IMG/VR virus record: IMGVR_UViG_3300047095_000811 | Location: 1-64,000 of that record | DNA length: 64,000 bases | Origin: a virus | Reading direction: 5' to 3' (one strand) | In this document: positions 17,884-25,408 of the stretch, one piece after another | How positions within the stretch are numbered: position 1 is the stretch's first letter | Layout: every line of letters starts with the position of its first letter | The notes under the pieces: generated by a model | Told to the model about the DNA's origin: nothing | Seen by the model: only the letters and a program-made list of their open reading frames with translations | The model's database searches: none | Translations under genes and position numbers: made by a program

Positions 17884-18207
17884 TTACATCTCGCCGAGGG
17901 AGGACTCGATCTCGAACTCTTCAGGCTTGTACTGTTCGATCCAGTCGTTCTCGCACTGCTCGATCTCCCAGTTGTAGAGGAACTCAACCGTCTGGCCCTC
18001 GGCACCAGCCGTGAAGTAGCTGGCGCGGTGGTGCTCGTTCACTAGTCCTTCTCGGCCTACGTACATCCCGCTCTCTTTGTGCTTCAAGCGGAGGTCGAAC
18101 TGGAGGTCGTCGAAGTGCTTGGCGATTAGCGGAGTCATCGCAGGTTCTTTCTTCTTGCAGCCGCCGCAGCACTTGCCAGTGGTTTCTTTCTTGCATTCGT
18201 GAGTCAT
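17884..18207 (-). CDS. hypothetical protein with N-terminal Cys cluster
   Basis: directly follows the upstream stop codon. Confidence 0.7.
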   Translation of the reverse strand: MTHECKKETTGKCCGGCKKKEPAMTPLIAKHFDDLQFDLRLKHKESGMYVGREGLVNEHHRASYFTAGAEGQTVEFLYNWEIEQCENDWIEQYKPEEFEIESSLGEM

Positions 18208-18208
18208 G

Positions 18209-18919
18209 CTAGTCTTCCTTGTGTTCTAAAAGATTTCCGATGTTTCCGGCCTGGAGCTGCTTGAGCCCGAGGTCTTGCGCCACTCGCTTGAAGTGGTTTT
18301 CTACTTCGATCTTGGCGGCAGATGTCGCCTCTTCCAGAGCCTCTTCAGCCTGCTCCACTGCGAAGAGCATGTTGCTCGGAAGGTTCCCAACCACGATCTG
18401 GAGGTTGCGGTGGATCTCCTTCAGCGCAGCCTTCGAGGTCTTTCCGGACTCGATGAGCCTCCCGAGTTCCTCTATCTGCTTCTTGATGCCCTCAAGACCT
18501 TCGTCGGCGCTTTCGACGATTTCTCGTTTGATCAGCTCTGCTTTGGTCTCGATCGGCAGGATCTCCGGCATCTGTATGCACATGGAGTCCGCGTCCGGCG
18601 CGTACCGGAGTGTCACGGGAGTGCCGGTCCCGCACCCGGTCGAGGTGATGAACTGAGCCAACTGGGCGTGACTCATCTCGAATTCGACGATCGGATGGTT
18701 GTCGGAATGGATCCAGTCGCTGTTCAGGTTCCGAACGACGTCGGCCCTCTGGACGCTGATCCTGACCCGACGAGAGTGCTTGATGGAGGAGCCAAAGAGA
18801 TTGACGTCTCCTCCCTGCGTGATCGACATCTGGACTGTGGCGAAGGCAGGGTGCTCGTATCGAACCTTCCCGCCTTCTTCCTCGATGGCGATCGGTCGCT
18901 GGCGCAACCGTTTGCTCAT
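18209..18919 (-). CDS. hypothetical phage protein
   Basis: GAGGTG RBS; HPAF...LFGS...VPVTL pattern; coiled-coil C-terminus. Confidence 0.8.
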   Translation of the reverse strand: MSKRLRQRPIAIEEEGGKVRYEHPAFATVQMSITQGGDVNLFGSSIKHSRRVRISVQRADVVRNLNSDWIHSDNHPIVEFEMSHAQLAQFITSTGCGTGTPVTLRYAPDADSMCIQMPEILPIETKAELIKREIVESADEGLEGIKKQIEELGRLIESGKTSKAALKEIHRNLQIVVGNLPSNMLFAVEQAEEALEEATSAAKIEVENHFKRVAQDLGLKQLQAGNIGNLLEHKED

Positions 18920-18927
18920 GGGTCACC

Positions 18928-19341
18928 TCACTTCGAATAGTAGATCCAAGATGCCGTGACGCGCATGACCTCGTAGAAGTCGCTGTCGCAGACCTCGACG
19001 ATCCAGCCTTTGTTGGACGAGCCATCTCCGTCGGACATCGGATCTTCTCCGTGGTCGGCTTGGGCCAGCCATGACTGGACGAAGTTGAAGACCTTCTCAT
19101 CGGTGTCGAGAGGGGTGAAGGGAACCTTCTGGACGTCCCGCTCGATGGCCTTGAAGGTTTTCGGGTCACGGTCTTCCGACTTGTCAGTCCAGTAAAGATG
19201 AAGGACGTCCGCACCTCGCTCGTCCTTGGATACGGCGTAGTGGGAGACCTTGCGGTTCCACTCCAGAGGGATGGCGAGGGCCAGCTTCAGATTGCGGGCG
19301 GTGTCGGATGATACTTTCATGGTTTCGATCAGGCCAGACAT
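18928..19341 (-). CDS. hypothetical protein
   Basis: ATG with AAAGGA RBS. Confidence 0.75.
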   Translation of the reverse strand: MSGLIETMKVSSDTARNLKLALAIPLEWNRKVSHYAVSKDERGADVLHLYWTDKSEDRDPKTFKAIERDVQKVPFTPLDTDEKVFNFVQSWLAQADHGEDPMSDGDGSSNKGWIVEVCDSDFYEVMRVTASWIYYSK

Positions 19342-19352
19342 TGCTTTTCCTT

Positions 19353-19952
19353 TCACAGTTTGGTCGATTGCTCGACGTGGTATTTGAATGAAGCTTCCTC
19401 ATTCGGAAGGGTGAAGTCGAGGTCTCCGAGAGCGACTTCCTTCGGGACGGGCTTGACGTAGGCGACCGAGTCGTTGAGGCCGAGCCGCTGGATGCGCTCG
19501 ATGAGCTGCCAGTCTTGCTCGTCCTCGGAGCAAACCCAGAGGGTAGAAGGCAGGCCGGAGACCGTGTAGTCCTCGTGCTTGCCCTCTACCATCCCCACCT
19601 CGTAGAAATAGACGGGTTTGTCGTCTTGGCGGTGGGCCATCATTGAGATGACCGAGTCGGCGTATTTGGTCAAAACTTCCCGACCGTACTCCGAATCTTT
19701 GCAGGGATGGATCGACCACACCTCCATCCCGAAGTGCCGGTAGTCCGGGTCGGCGGTCGTGTGCTCGCCGAAGCCAGCGGTGCCGAGGACGCGGATCCGG
19801 TCGCTGGCGAGGAGCGCGTTCCAGCGAGCAGCTGCCTCCTCGGCTTTCTGCAGTCGGTCGAGTAGGGTCTTGTTGTCTACCGGCTTCCACTCACCGTCCG
19901 GCGAGGTGCGGCACATGAGCACGCCCTCGATTACTTTCTCTTCGTAGAACAT
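19353..19952 (-). CDS. hypothetical protein
   Basis: ATG with AAAGGA RBS. Confidence 0.75.
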   Translation of the reverse strand: MFYEEKVIEGVLMCRTSPDGEWKPVDNKTLLDRLQKAEEAAARWNALLASDRIRVLGTAGFGEHTTADPDYRHFGMEVWSIHPCKDSEYGREVLTKYADSVISMMAHRQDDKPVYFYEVGMVEGKHEDYTVSGLPSTLWVCSEDEQDWQLIERIQRLGLNDSVAYVKPVPKEVALGDLDFTLPNEEASFKYHVEQSTKL

Positions 19953-19965
19953 TCGACTTCCTTTC

Positions 19966-20265
19966 TCAGGCAAAAGTGTAACCTTTGTGGTCGTCCCAAG
20001 GCTCCAAATGGGCTTGGGACATCTCGATCTCGTTCAGGATGCTGCGGTTCTTGGCTTGGAGGTCCACCGCAGCCTCGTAGTTGACGATCCGTGGATTGTT
20101 GTAGTGAAGCTTCGACAGAGCCGCCTTGGCGGTCTCGTAGTTCCGGAAGTTCTTGACGTCGTCCAGACGGTCACTCCAGAAAGAAGCTCTTTGCTTGGCG
20201 CGGTCTACCATGAAGAGCGTCACGCCCCTGATGTCGCGCTTGTTGCTGATGATGACGAATCCCAT
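19966..20265 (-). CDS. hypothetical protein
   Basis: tightly packed ORF in operon. Confidence 0.7.
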   Translation of the reverse strand: MGFVIISNKRDIRGVTLFMVDRAKQRASFWSDRLDDVKNFRNYETAKAALSKLHYNNPRIVNYEAAVDLQAKNRSILNEIEMSQAHLEPWDDHKGYTFA

Positions 20266-20266
20266 T

Positions 20267-21238
20267 TCATTTCCTTCCGTGAGGCTTTCCCTCAGAAATA
20301 AGAACTTCCGGGGATTTCTTGATCCATCCCGGAACCTTGACCATTCTCTTCTCCTCCCAATCTTCCTCGGTGAATCCGAGCATCTTGAGGTCGGACTTCC
20401 GCTTCGGCGTCAGCTCGTTCTCGGTCATGCAGGTTATGTTGAAGCCCGAGAGAGTCGTGAAGAGAGACGATGCCGCCGACACGCTCTCGACGAGAGCAGG
20501 TCTGCCGTAGCCGAAGAAATACACCATAGGCATCCCTTCGACCTTGAAAGCTTCGACCATAGTATTGGTCTCCTCGTGTACCGCGTAGGCATACTCTCTC
20601 TGCTTACCCCAGTACTTCGGGCCGCAAGTGAGGAATTCTGCAAGCGCAGCTTCCTTCTCGCTATAACGAGTGAAGTACTCCGTTGGGAGAACCCGCTCGA
20701 CGAAGCGATCCACAAAGTGATCCATTACGATCATGCTTCTGGTCATCAAATGAACGTATCTCGACACCCCGTACGCCGCGAAGCTCTCAAGGTGCAGGTG
20801 GACGTTCTTCCCAAAGATTGCCTTCAGCTCGCTGAACCTGTTGACGTCGGCAACGAACAGCAAGTGGCCATGCAAGTAGATGCTGCTCCCGGTGAGGTCG
20901 GCGAGGTAGCCCGGAAGACGCGCCCGGATGGCCCTGAAATAAAGACGCGAGTTCCCCTCTAGACCATCCTTCAGATGGACTTTGCTCATAGCAACGCGAG
21001 CGGCCTTCTCACTGTGCGGGTTGTTGGGATGGCAAGTCTTGTAGATGTTGTCGAAGATGTTCTCGCTCGGGTCGTACTTGATCTCAGTATCAAGCTCCGA
21101 ACGAAGACCAGCCGATCGCAGGATGTGGACCAATCGATCTCCCGTGGAGCTGGAGAGCTCTTCTGAGTACCGCTCCCACATCTCGGCGTACTTGGGATTC
21201 TCTTTCTCGAATAACGTTCTTGGCAGTATATCGCCCAT
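20267..21238 (-). CDS. hypothetical protein
   Basis: 323-aa ORF with GAGGAGA RBS. Confidence 0.75.
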   Translation of the reverse strand: MGDILPRTLFEKENPKYAEMWERYSEELSSSTGDRLVHILRSAGLRSELDTEIKYDPSENIFDNIYKTCHPNNPHSEKAARVAMSKVHLKDGLEGNSRLYFRAIRARLPGYLADLTGSSIYLHGHLLFVADVNRFSELKAIFGKNVHLHLESFAAYGVSRYVHLMTRSMIVMDHFVDRFVERVLPTEYFTRYSEKEAALAEFLTCGPKYWGKQREYAYAVHEETNTMVEAFKVEGMPMVYFFGYGRPALVESVSAASSLFTTLSGFNITCMTENELTPKRKSDLKMLGFTEEDWEEKRMVKVPGWIKKSPEVLISEGKPHGRK

Positions 21239-21313
21239 GATTTCTCCTCGCAAAAAAGAGACCCCTTAGCGGGTGCTAAGGGGTCCACAGGGGGGGGGGT
21301 GCAACGAAAACAA

Positions 21314-21388
21314 TGGTACAGCCACAGGGAGTCGAACCCTGCTTCTCAGGTTGAAAACCTGATGTCCTAACCGATAGACGATGGCTGC
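21314..21388 (-). tRNA. tRNA-Glu(UUC)
   Basis: cloverleaf; TCAGG-TTTTCAA-CCTGA anticodon arm; TTCGA T-loop; encoded CCA. Confidence 0.95.
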
Positions 21389-21444
21389 ACATAAAAATGA
21401 TATCTGCGCAAATGCGCTGCAAAAACGATGAGAATAAACGTTGG

Positions 21445-21963
21445 TTAAAGTAAACCTAGCTTTTTATTAGTGAGAGCCTTTCCACCAAATACTTTTTCGC
21501 ATTCGATGTCATAGATTAAAGCAAGCTCTCGCGGGTCATCTCCCGCAGCTATGGTTCTTCCTTGAAAACGAGCCCGGAATTTAGCGCGACCTTTGCGTCG
21601 ATCACCGTTTACTTCGACTCCCTTATATCCGGATCCTCCGATTTTTGAGTTCGGGTTTTCGTTAAGATGAGTCTTTCTCGTTGCTGAACTATTACACTTG
21701 TGATGACTAAATGCAACGTTGCCGAGATCGAAGAAAAGTTCTTTAGCATTTGGCTCGTGCAGCCAAGGTTTCATATGCTCTACCGACAGATTGTCGGCAT
21801 CTTCAATTTCGGTCTTACACCTGTAACAGGTAGTCAATTCGAGAGCCTGCGCCATTTGAAACACAAGAAGCTTGTTCAGCTTATTTCTTGCAGTTCCGTA
21901 TGGCATTCCAAGCTGTATAGCTCGTTCTTGCATCGCTCTACGTTCATCTTTACATCCACTCAT
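21445..21963 (-). CDS. HNH homing endonuclease with AP2-like C-terminus, inside the tRNA cluster
   Basis: CYRC...VEHMKPW...NVAFSHHKCN, then SGYKGV; AT-richer than flanks. Confidence 0.75.
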   Translation of the reverse strand: MSGCKDERRAMQERAIQLGMPYGTARNKLNKLLVFQMAQALELTTCYRCKTEIEDADNLSVEHMKPWLHEPNAKELFFDLGNVAFSHHKCNSSATRKTHLNENPNSKIGGSGYKGVEVNGDRRKGRAKFRARFQGRTIAAGDDPRELALIYDIECEKVFGGKALTNKKLGLL

Positions 21964-21999
21964 TTTTGAACCCTCGTTCGTATGAGAAAAAAAAAACAT

Positions 22000-22089
22000 T
22001 GGCGGAAGTTACAGGATTTGAACCTGTGAAGGAGATTAATCCTTGCTCGCTTTCCAAGCGAGTGCCTTAAGCCGCTCAGCCAAACTTCC
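22000..22089 (-). tRNA. tRNA-Ser(GGA)
   Basis: CTCGC-TTGGAAA-GCGAG anticodon arm; long variable arm; G73-CCA. Confidence 0.95.
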
Positions 22090-22090
22090 A

Positions 22091-22126
22091 TTGAGAACTG
22101 CCTTAAACCAACTCAGCCATCTCACT
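22091..22126 (-). pseudogene. tRNA-Ser-like 5' fragment (acceptor 5' strand + D arm only)
   Basis: TGGCTGAGTTGGTTTAAGGCA resembles the D arm of the neighbouring tRNA-Ser; no anticodon or T arm. Confidence 0.5.
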
Positions 22127-22132
22127 TCAATC

Positions 22133-22208
22133 GGGTGAGAACAGCGTCTTTACGCTTGCAACGGCCAGTCGCCGAAGGTTTGCAACCTCATGGGTAGACG
22201 CCATTCTC
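22133..22208 (-). ncRNA. candidate ~75-nt structured RNA
   Basis: 13-bp closing stem GAGAAUGGCGUCU/AGACGCUGUUCUC with two G-U pairs that only form on the minus strand; lies between tRNAs. Confidence 0.5.
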
Positions 22209-22217
22209 TGAACTAAT

Positions 22218-22310
22218 TGGTGGGTGTCCACGGAGTCGAACCGCGAATGTTTACCACGAGGGACCAGATTTACAGTCTGGTGATGCACACGCCATAGCAT
22301 CAAGACACCC
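22218..22310 (-). tRNA. tRNA-Tyr(GUA), atypical D arm
   Basis: CCAGA-CTGTAAA-TCTGG anticodon arm; TTCGA T-loop; ACCA end; 5-bp D stem. Confidence 0.88.
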
Positions 22311-22312
22311 AT

Positions 22313-22388
22313 TGGTGGAGGTAGTCAGGATCGAACTGACGACATCCAGCTTGCAAAGCTGGCGCTCTCCCATCTGAGCTATACCCCC
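22313..22388 (-). tRNA. tRNA-Ala(UGC)
   Basis: CCAGC-TTTGCAA-GCTGG anticodon arm; G3-U70; CCA. Confidence 0.96.
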
Positions 22389-22406
22389 ATCAAACTACTT
22401 TAAACT

Positions 22407-22482
22407 TGGCTCCCCAGCCTCGGCTCGAACGAGGGACCTAGCGATTAACAGTCGCTTGCTCTACCAACTGAGCTACTGAGGA
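22407..22482 (-). tRNA. tRNA-Asn(GUU)
   Basis: AGCGA-CTGTTAA-TCGCT anticodon arm; CCA. Confidence 0.96.
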
Positions 22483-22531
22483 ATTTGGGAGGCATTACCT
22501 CCTCGACGGAAGATTTTTCAATCCCCGGAAA

Positions 22532-22660
22532 TGGTGGCAGGGGCCGAAGCCCCGCCGAAGGGCGGATTCTCCCGGCATGGCCTTATCAGGGCGCATGCGG
22601 GGGGAGCAAGGAGCGACCTCGGGTAACGAACTTGTGGTCCGACGTCATCGCTCAATCCTA
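22532..22660 (-). ncRNA. candidate ~130-nt structured RNA ending in ACCA
   Basis: GGAUU/AAUCC junction enclosing two long hairpins, then two short GC hairpins and UGCCACCA-3'. Confidence 0.5.
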
Positions 22661-22683
22661 TTTGCATCGTGTTAAAGAGCAAA

Positions 22684-22962
22684 AGCCCACCTCATAAGAT
22701 AGACGCCACCCCTATCCGACCGAAGTTCCCGAAAGAGCGGATAGATTCGGTCGTGCCTCGCGCTTATGTCTTGGCCAAAGGTGTTCGCATCGAAGTCCGC
22801 GAGTCTTCGCCCCACCGGCTGAGACCAGTATAGAGAGGAGAGTCGCGACAAGACTCATGGACGGCGGAGCGCGTCGGAGGAAAGGATTCTCAGGTCCAAT
22901 CCTCACGAGGGCTGCGGCAACGTGCAAGAGCTACAGGTAGCGCCTAACTTATGAGGCGGGCT
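22684..22962 (-). ncRNA. candidate ~280-nt structured RNA of unknown class
   Basis: 15-bp + 11-bp terminal stem with G-U pairs on the minus strand; multibranched interior; 5' end coincides with the predicted +1 of a late promoter. Confidence 0.75.
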
Positions 22963-22973
22963 AGACTGATGTT
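22961..22973 (-). promoter_or_regulatory. late-type promoter AACA-TCAGTC-TAG driving the ncRNA/tRNA operon
   Basis: exact motif; its A (22962) is the first paired base of the ncRNA stem. Confidence 0.8.
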
Positions 22974-23047
22974 AGGAGACCGATGCGGCAGAAGGAGGCC
23001 AAAAAAATAAACTTCCAGATGGCTTTGCGGGCCATCTGGAAACTGCA

Positions 23048-23329
23048 TCACACTTCTCGGTAAACTTCCTTGAAGGTATTTTGATACGAGCGTAGACACT
23101 CGATCGGAGAAAGAAGGAAAAGCATGGTCTTCTCTACTGCCTCTCCGAATTTGGAATGGATGTCGCATTCCTGCTCGAAGTTCTTGAAAAACACTTCGGC
23201 ACTTTCCACAGGCAGATTAACGACTCGACGAACCGAGTCTGCCAGACGGTTGACGCGGATCTGATGCGTCATGGGGAAGGCTTGGCGGAGAAATTCCGTG
23301 TTCGCCTTCCTGATTGCTTCGACTGCCAT
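23048..23329 (-). CDS. hypothetical protein
   Basis: AAGGAG RBS. Confidence 0.7.
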   Translation of the reverse strand: MAVEAIRKANTEFLRQAFPMTHQIRVNRLADSVRRVVNLPVESAEVFFKNFEQECDIHSKFGEAVEKTMLFLLSPIECLRSYQNTFKEVYREV

Positions 23330-23353
23330 TTGATGCTCCTTCGTATTGAGAAA

Positions 23354-23575
23354 CTAGGCTACGTCGCCGCCTCCTTCGGAGGGGCGTTCGATTCCCACAG
23401 CGTCGTAGAACCCCTGCGGGTTGCTGCGGAAGAACTCGACGTCGGACTGAACCAGAGGCTCGCTGGCGTCGATGATGTGCGTGTCGGTCTTACCGACGAA
23501 GCGGGTGTAACGGAGGTTGTCCTTCGCCTTGATGTCCACCAGAACGAGGGCGGGTTTCTTGTGCTTTTTGTTCAC
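23354..23575 (-). CDS. hypothetical protein
   Basis: GTG start, AAAGGA RBS. Confidence 0.6.
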   Translation of the reverse strand: MNKKHKKPALVLVDIKAKDNLRYTRFVGKTDTHIIDASEPLVQSDVEFFRSNPQGFYDAVGIERPSEGGGDVA

Positions 23576-23594
23576 TGCATCTTCCTTTCTTTGC

Positions 23595-23801
23595 TTACGT
23601 CGTCATCGCGCTGGAGACTCCTGAGAATCCCCACTGCGATGACGAGTAAAAAACCTCCGTCCTGCGGCTGTCACGACTCATCTTCCTTACGGAACGAACG
23701 TGGACCTGATGACCCTTTTGGACGAGGAACTGGTTGGCCTCGAAGTTACGGGGCTTGGCGTTCACCTTGACAGTGATGGTTTGCTTTTTCTTCTTGCTCA
23801 T
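23595..23801 (-). CDS. small basic hypothetical protein
   Basis: ATG 23801 with GGAGA RBS. Confidence 0.55.
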   Translation of the reverse strand: MSKKKKQTITVKVNAKPRNFEANQFLVQKGHQVHVRSVRKMSRDSRRTEVFYSSSQWGFSGVSSAMTT

Positions 23802-23844
23802 TTGAATCTCCAAAAAGTAGCGGAGGCATTCCGCCTCCGCAATT

Positions 23845-25311
23845 TCATGCAAGAACTGCAATCAGCTCTTGCTCGCTCATCGGCTTGTAGAAATAGAATC
23901 CTTGGCAAACGGTGCATCCCTTTTCACGGAGATACGATACTTGCTGTTGATCTTCTACTCCTTCTGCGATTAGATCCTTGCCAAGGCTCTCGCCCATAGC
24001 TATGATCGTGTTAAGTAGTATCGTATCTTTGGAGCCGATGGAAGATACGAACGCTCGATCAATCTTGATCGTGTCGATCGGGAACTTCTGAAGGTATGAC
24101 AGCGAAGAGTACCCCGTCCCGAAATCGTCGAGCGCAAGCTTGACACCCATCCCGCTGAGCGTCTTGAGCTTTTGCTCGACCTCTTCGGTGTAGTGGATGA
24201 GCACTCCCTCGGTGAACTCAAGCTCGATCAGCGACGGGTCCACATTGTAGGTGGTGGTCACGTCGTGTATGAGTTTCACCAAGTCGTTGTCTCGTCGCTT
24301 GAGATGCGCCGCCGAGACGTTGACGCTGATCGGAACGTGCAAGTCATTCGCTCGGATGATTCTTGCTGCCGTCCTGATTAGCTGCTCCGTCAGATGTACG
24401 ATCTCTCCGCTTTCCTCCAGCACCGGGATAAACTGCGACGGAGGAATCTGCCCCTTCTGTGGATGGTACCATCTTGAAAGGACTTCGACACCAACGATGG
24501 CGTTGGTCTCAGAGTCCACCTGCGGCTGGAACACAGGAAAGAGGTTACCATTCCTTAGTGATTCTCTGAAGGTGTTCTGGATGTCGGAGATTTGGTTCAC
24601 CTTGTCCTGCAGGGGAGAGTCGAAGTACGAGTAAGTATTCTTACCGCTCTCTTTCGAGTCGTACATCGCCATGTCTGCTTTCTTCAGGAGGTCAGTTACG
24701 TTGTCGCCGTCGTCCGGATAGCTGCTTATTCCAATGCTGCAGGAGAGCGTGATCTCGACGCCGTCGATGAATATCGGTTGGTTGATCTTCTTCAGGATTC
24801 GGTTGGCAATCTCCGAGATAGATTTCCTGTTTGAGACCTTCTTGATGATGACGACAAACTCGTCTCCGCCTATGCGGTATATGTCGGTACCGTCTCGTAC
24901 GCTTCCGATCAGGGCTTCGGCCATTTTTGTCAGCACTTTGTCGCCGAATCCGTGCCCGTAAGTGTCGTTGTAAATCTTGAACCTGTCGAGGTCTATGTAC
25001 ATGACCGAGAACTCACAGCACCCTCTTCCAGAGAGACTTTCCATTGCGTTCATGAACATGAGTCGGTTCGGCAGGCCGGTTAGGATGTCGTAGTGCGCCA
25101 TCTTGAAGAAATTCTCTTTCTTCTGGCGGATCTCCTTCAGAAGTTTGAAGTTCCAGGCAGTGACCAAGCCGAATGCGACTGATATCGGGATGAAATACAT
25201 GAAGAAACTGCTTGGGTCTTTTGTATTTTGAGAGCTGACGAGGTAGAGCAGAAGAAAGATCGGCATGTACAAAGATCCACCGAACGCCAGCCTGTTCGAG
25301 ACAGAATGCAC
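23845..25311 (-). CDS. membrane-anchored diguanylate cyclase/phosphodiesterase (2 TM + GGDEF + EAL)
   Basis: DILTGLPNR, DLDRFK.YND..GH..GD, RIGGDEF, EVL, EFTEG, DDFGTGYSSL, KIDRAF, EGVE and QGF all intact. Confidence 0.95.
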   Translation of the reverse strand: MHSVSNRLAFGGSLYMPIFLLLYLVSSQNTKDPSSFFMYFIPISVAFGLVTAWNFKLLKEIRQKKENFFKMAHYDILTGLPNRLMFMNAMESLSGRGCCEFSVMYIDLDRFKIYNDTYGHGFGDKVLTKMAEALIGSVRDGTDIYRIGGDEFVVIIKKVSNRKSISEIANRILKKINQPIFIDGVEITLSCSIGISSYPDDGDNVTDLLKKADMAMYDSKESGKNTYSYFDSPLQDKVNQISDIQNTFRESLRNGNLFPVFQPQVDSETNAIVGVEVLSRWYHPQKGQIPPSQFIPVLEESGEIVHLTEQLIRTAARIIRANDLHVPISVNVSAAHLKRRDNDLVKLIHDVTTTYNVDPSLIELEFTEGVLIHYTEEVEQKLKTLSGMGVKLALDDFGTGYSSLSYLQKFPIDTIKIDRAFVSSIGSKDTILLNTIIAMGESLGKDLIAEGVEDQQQVSYLREKGCTVCQGFYFYKPMSEQELIAVLA

Positions 25312-25331
25312 TTGATACCCCTAGTTGTTGA

Positions 25332-25344
25332 CTATCTATATGTA
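25332..25344 (-). promoter_or_regulatory. near-consensus late-type promoter TACA-TATAGA-TAG
   Basis: one mismatch to AACA-N6-TAG; 21 nt upstream of the GTG start, with an AGGGG RBS between. Confidence 0.5.
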
Positions 25345-25408
25345 CTGCGTTCAATAAAATAGACGGTAAGATGCTGCTTTGCACCTTACCGTCCGTTAGA
25401 TTACTCCA

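Noticed and set aside
22532-22660. Hammerhead ribozyme
   Set aside because: CUGAUAA is present but in a hairpin loop, and there is no GAAA core strand.
22684-22962. tmRNA, RNase P, SRP or 6S identity for the large ncRNA
   Set aside because: No T-arm/CCA end or tag ORF, no GAGGAAAGUCC on the transcribed strand, no SRP helix-8 motif, and a branched rather than rod-like interior; judged by eye only.
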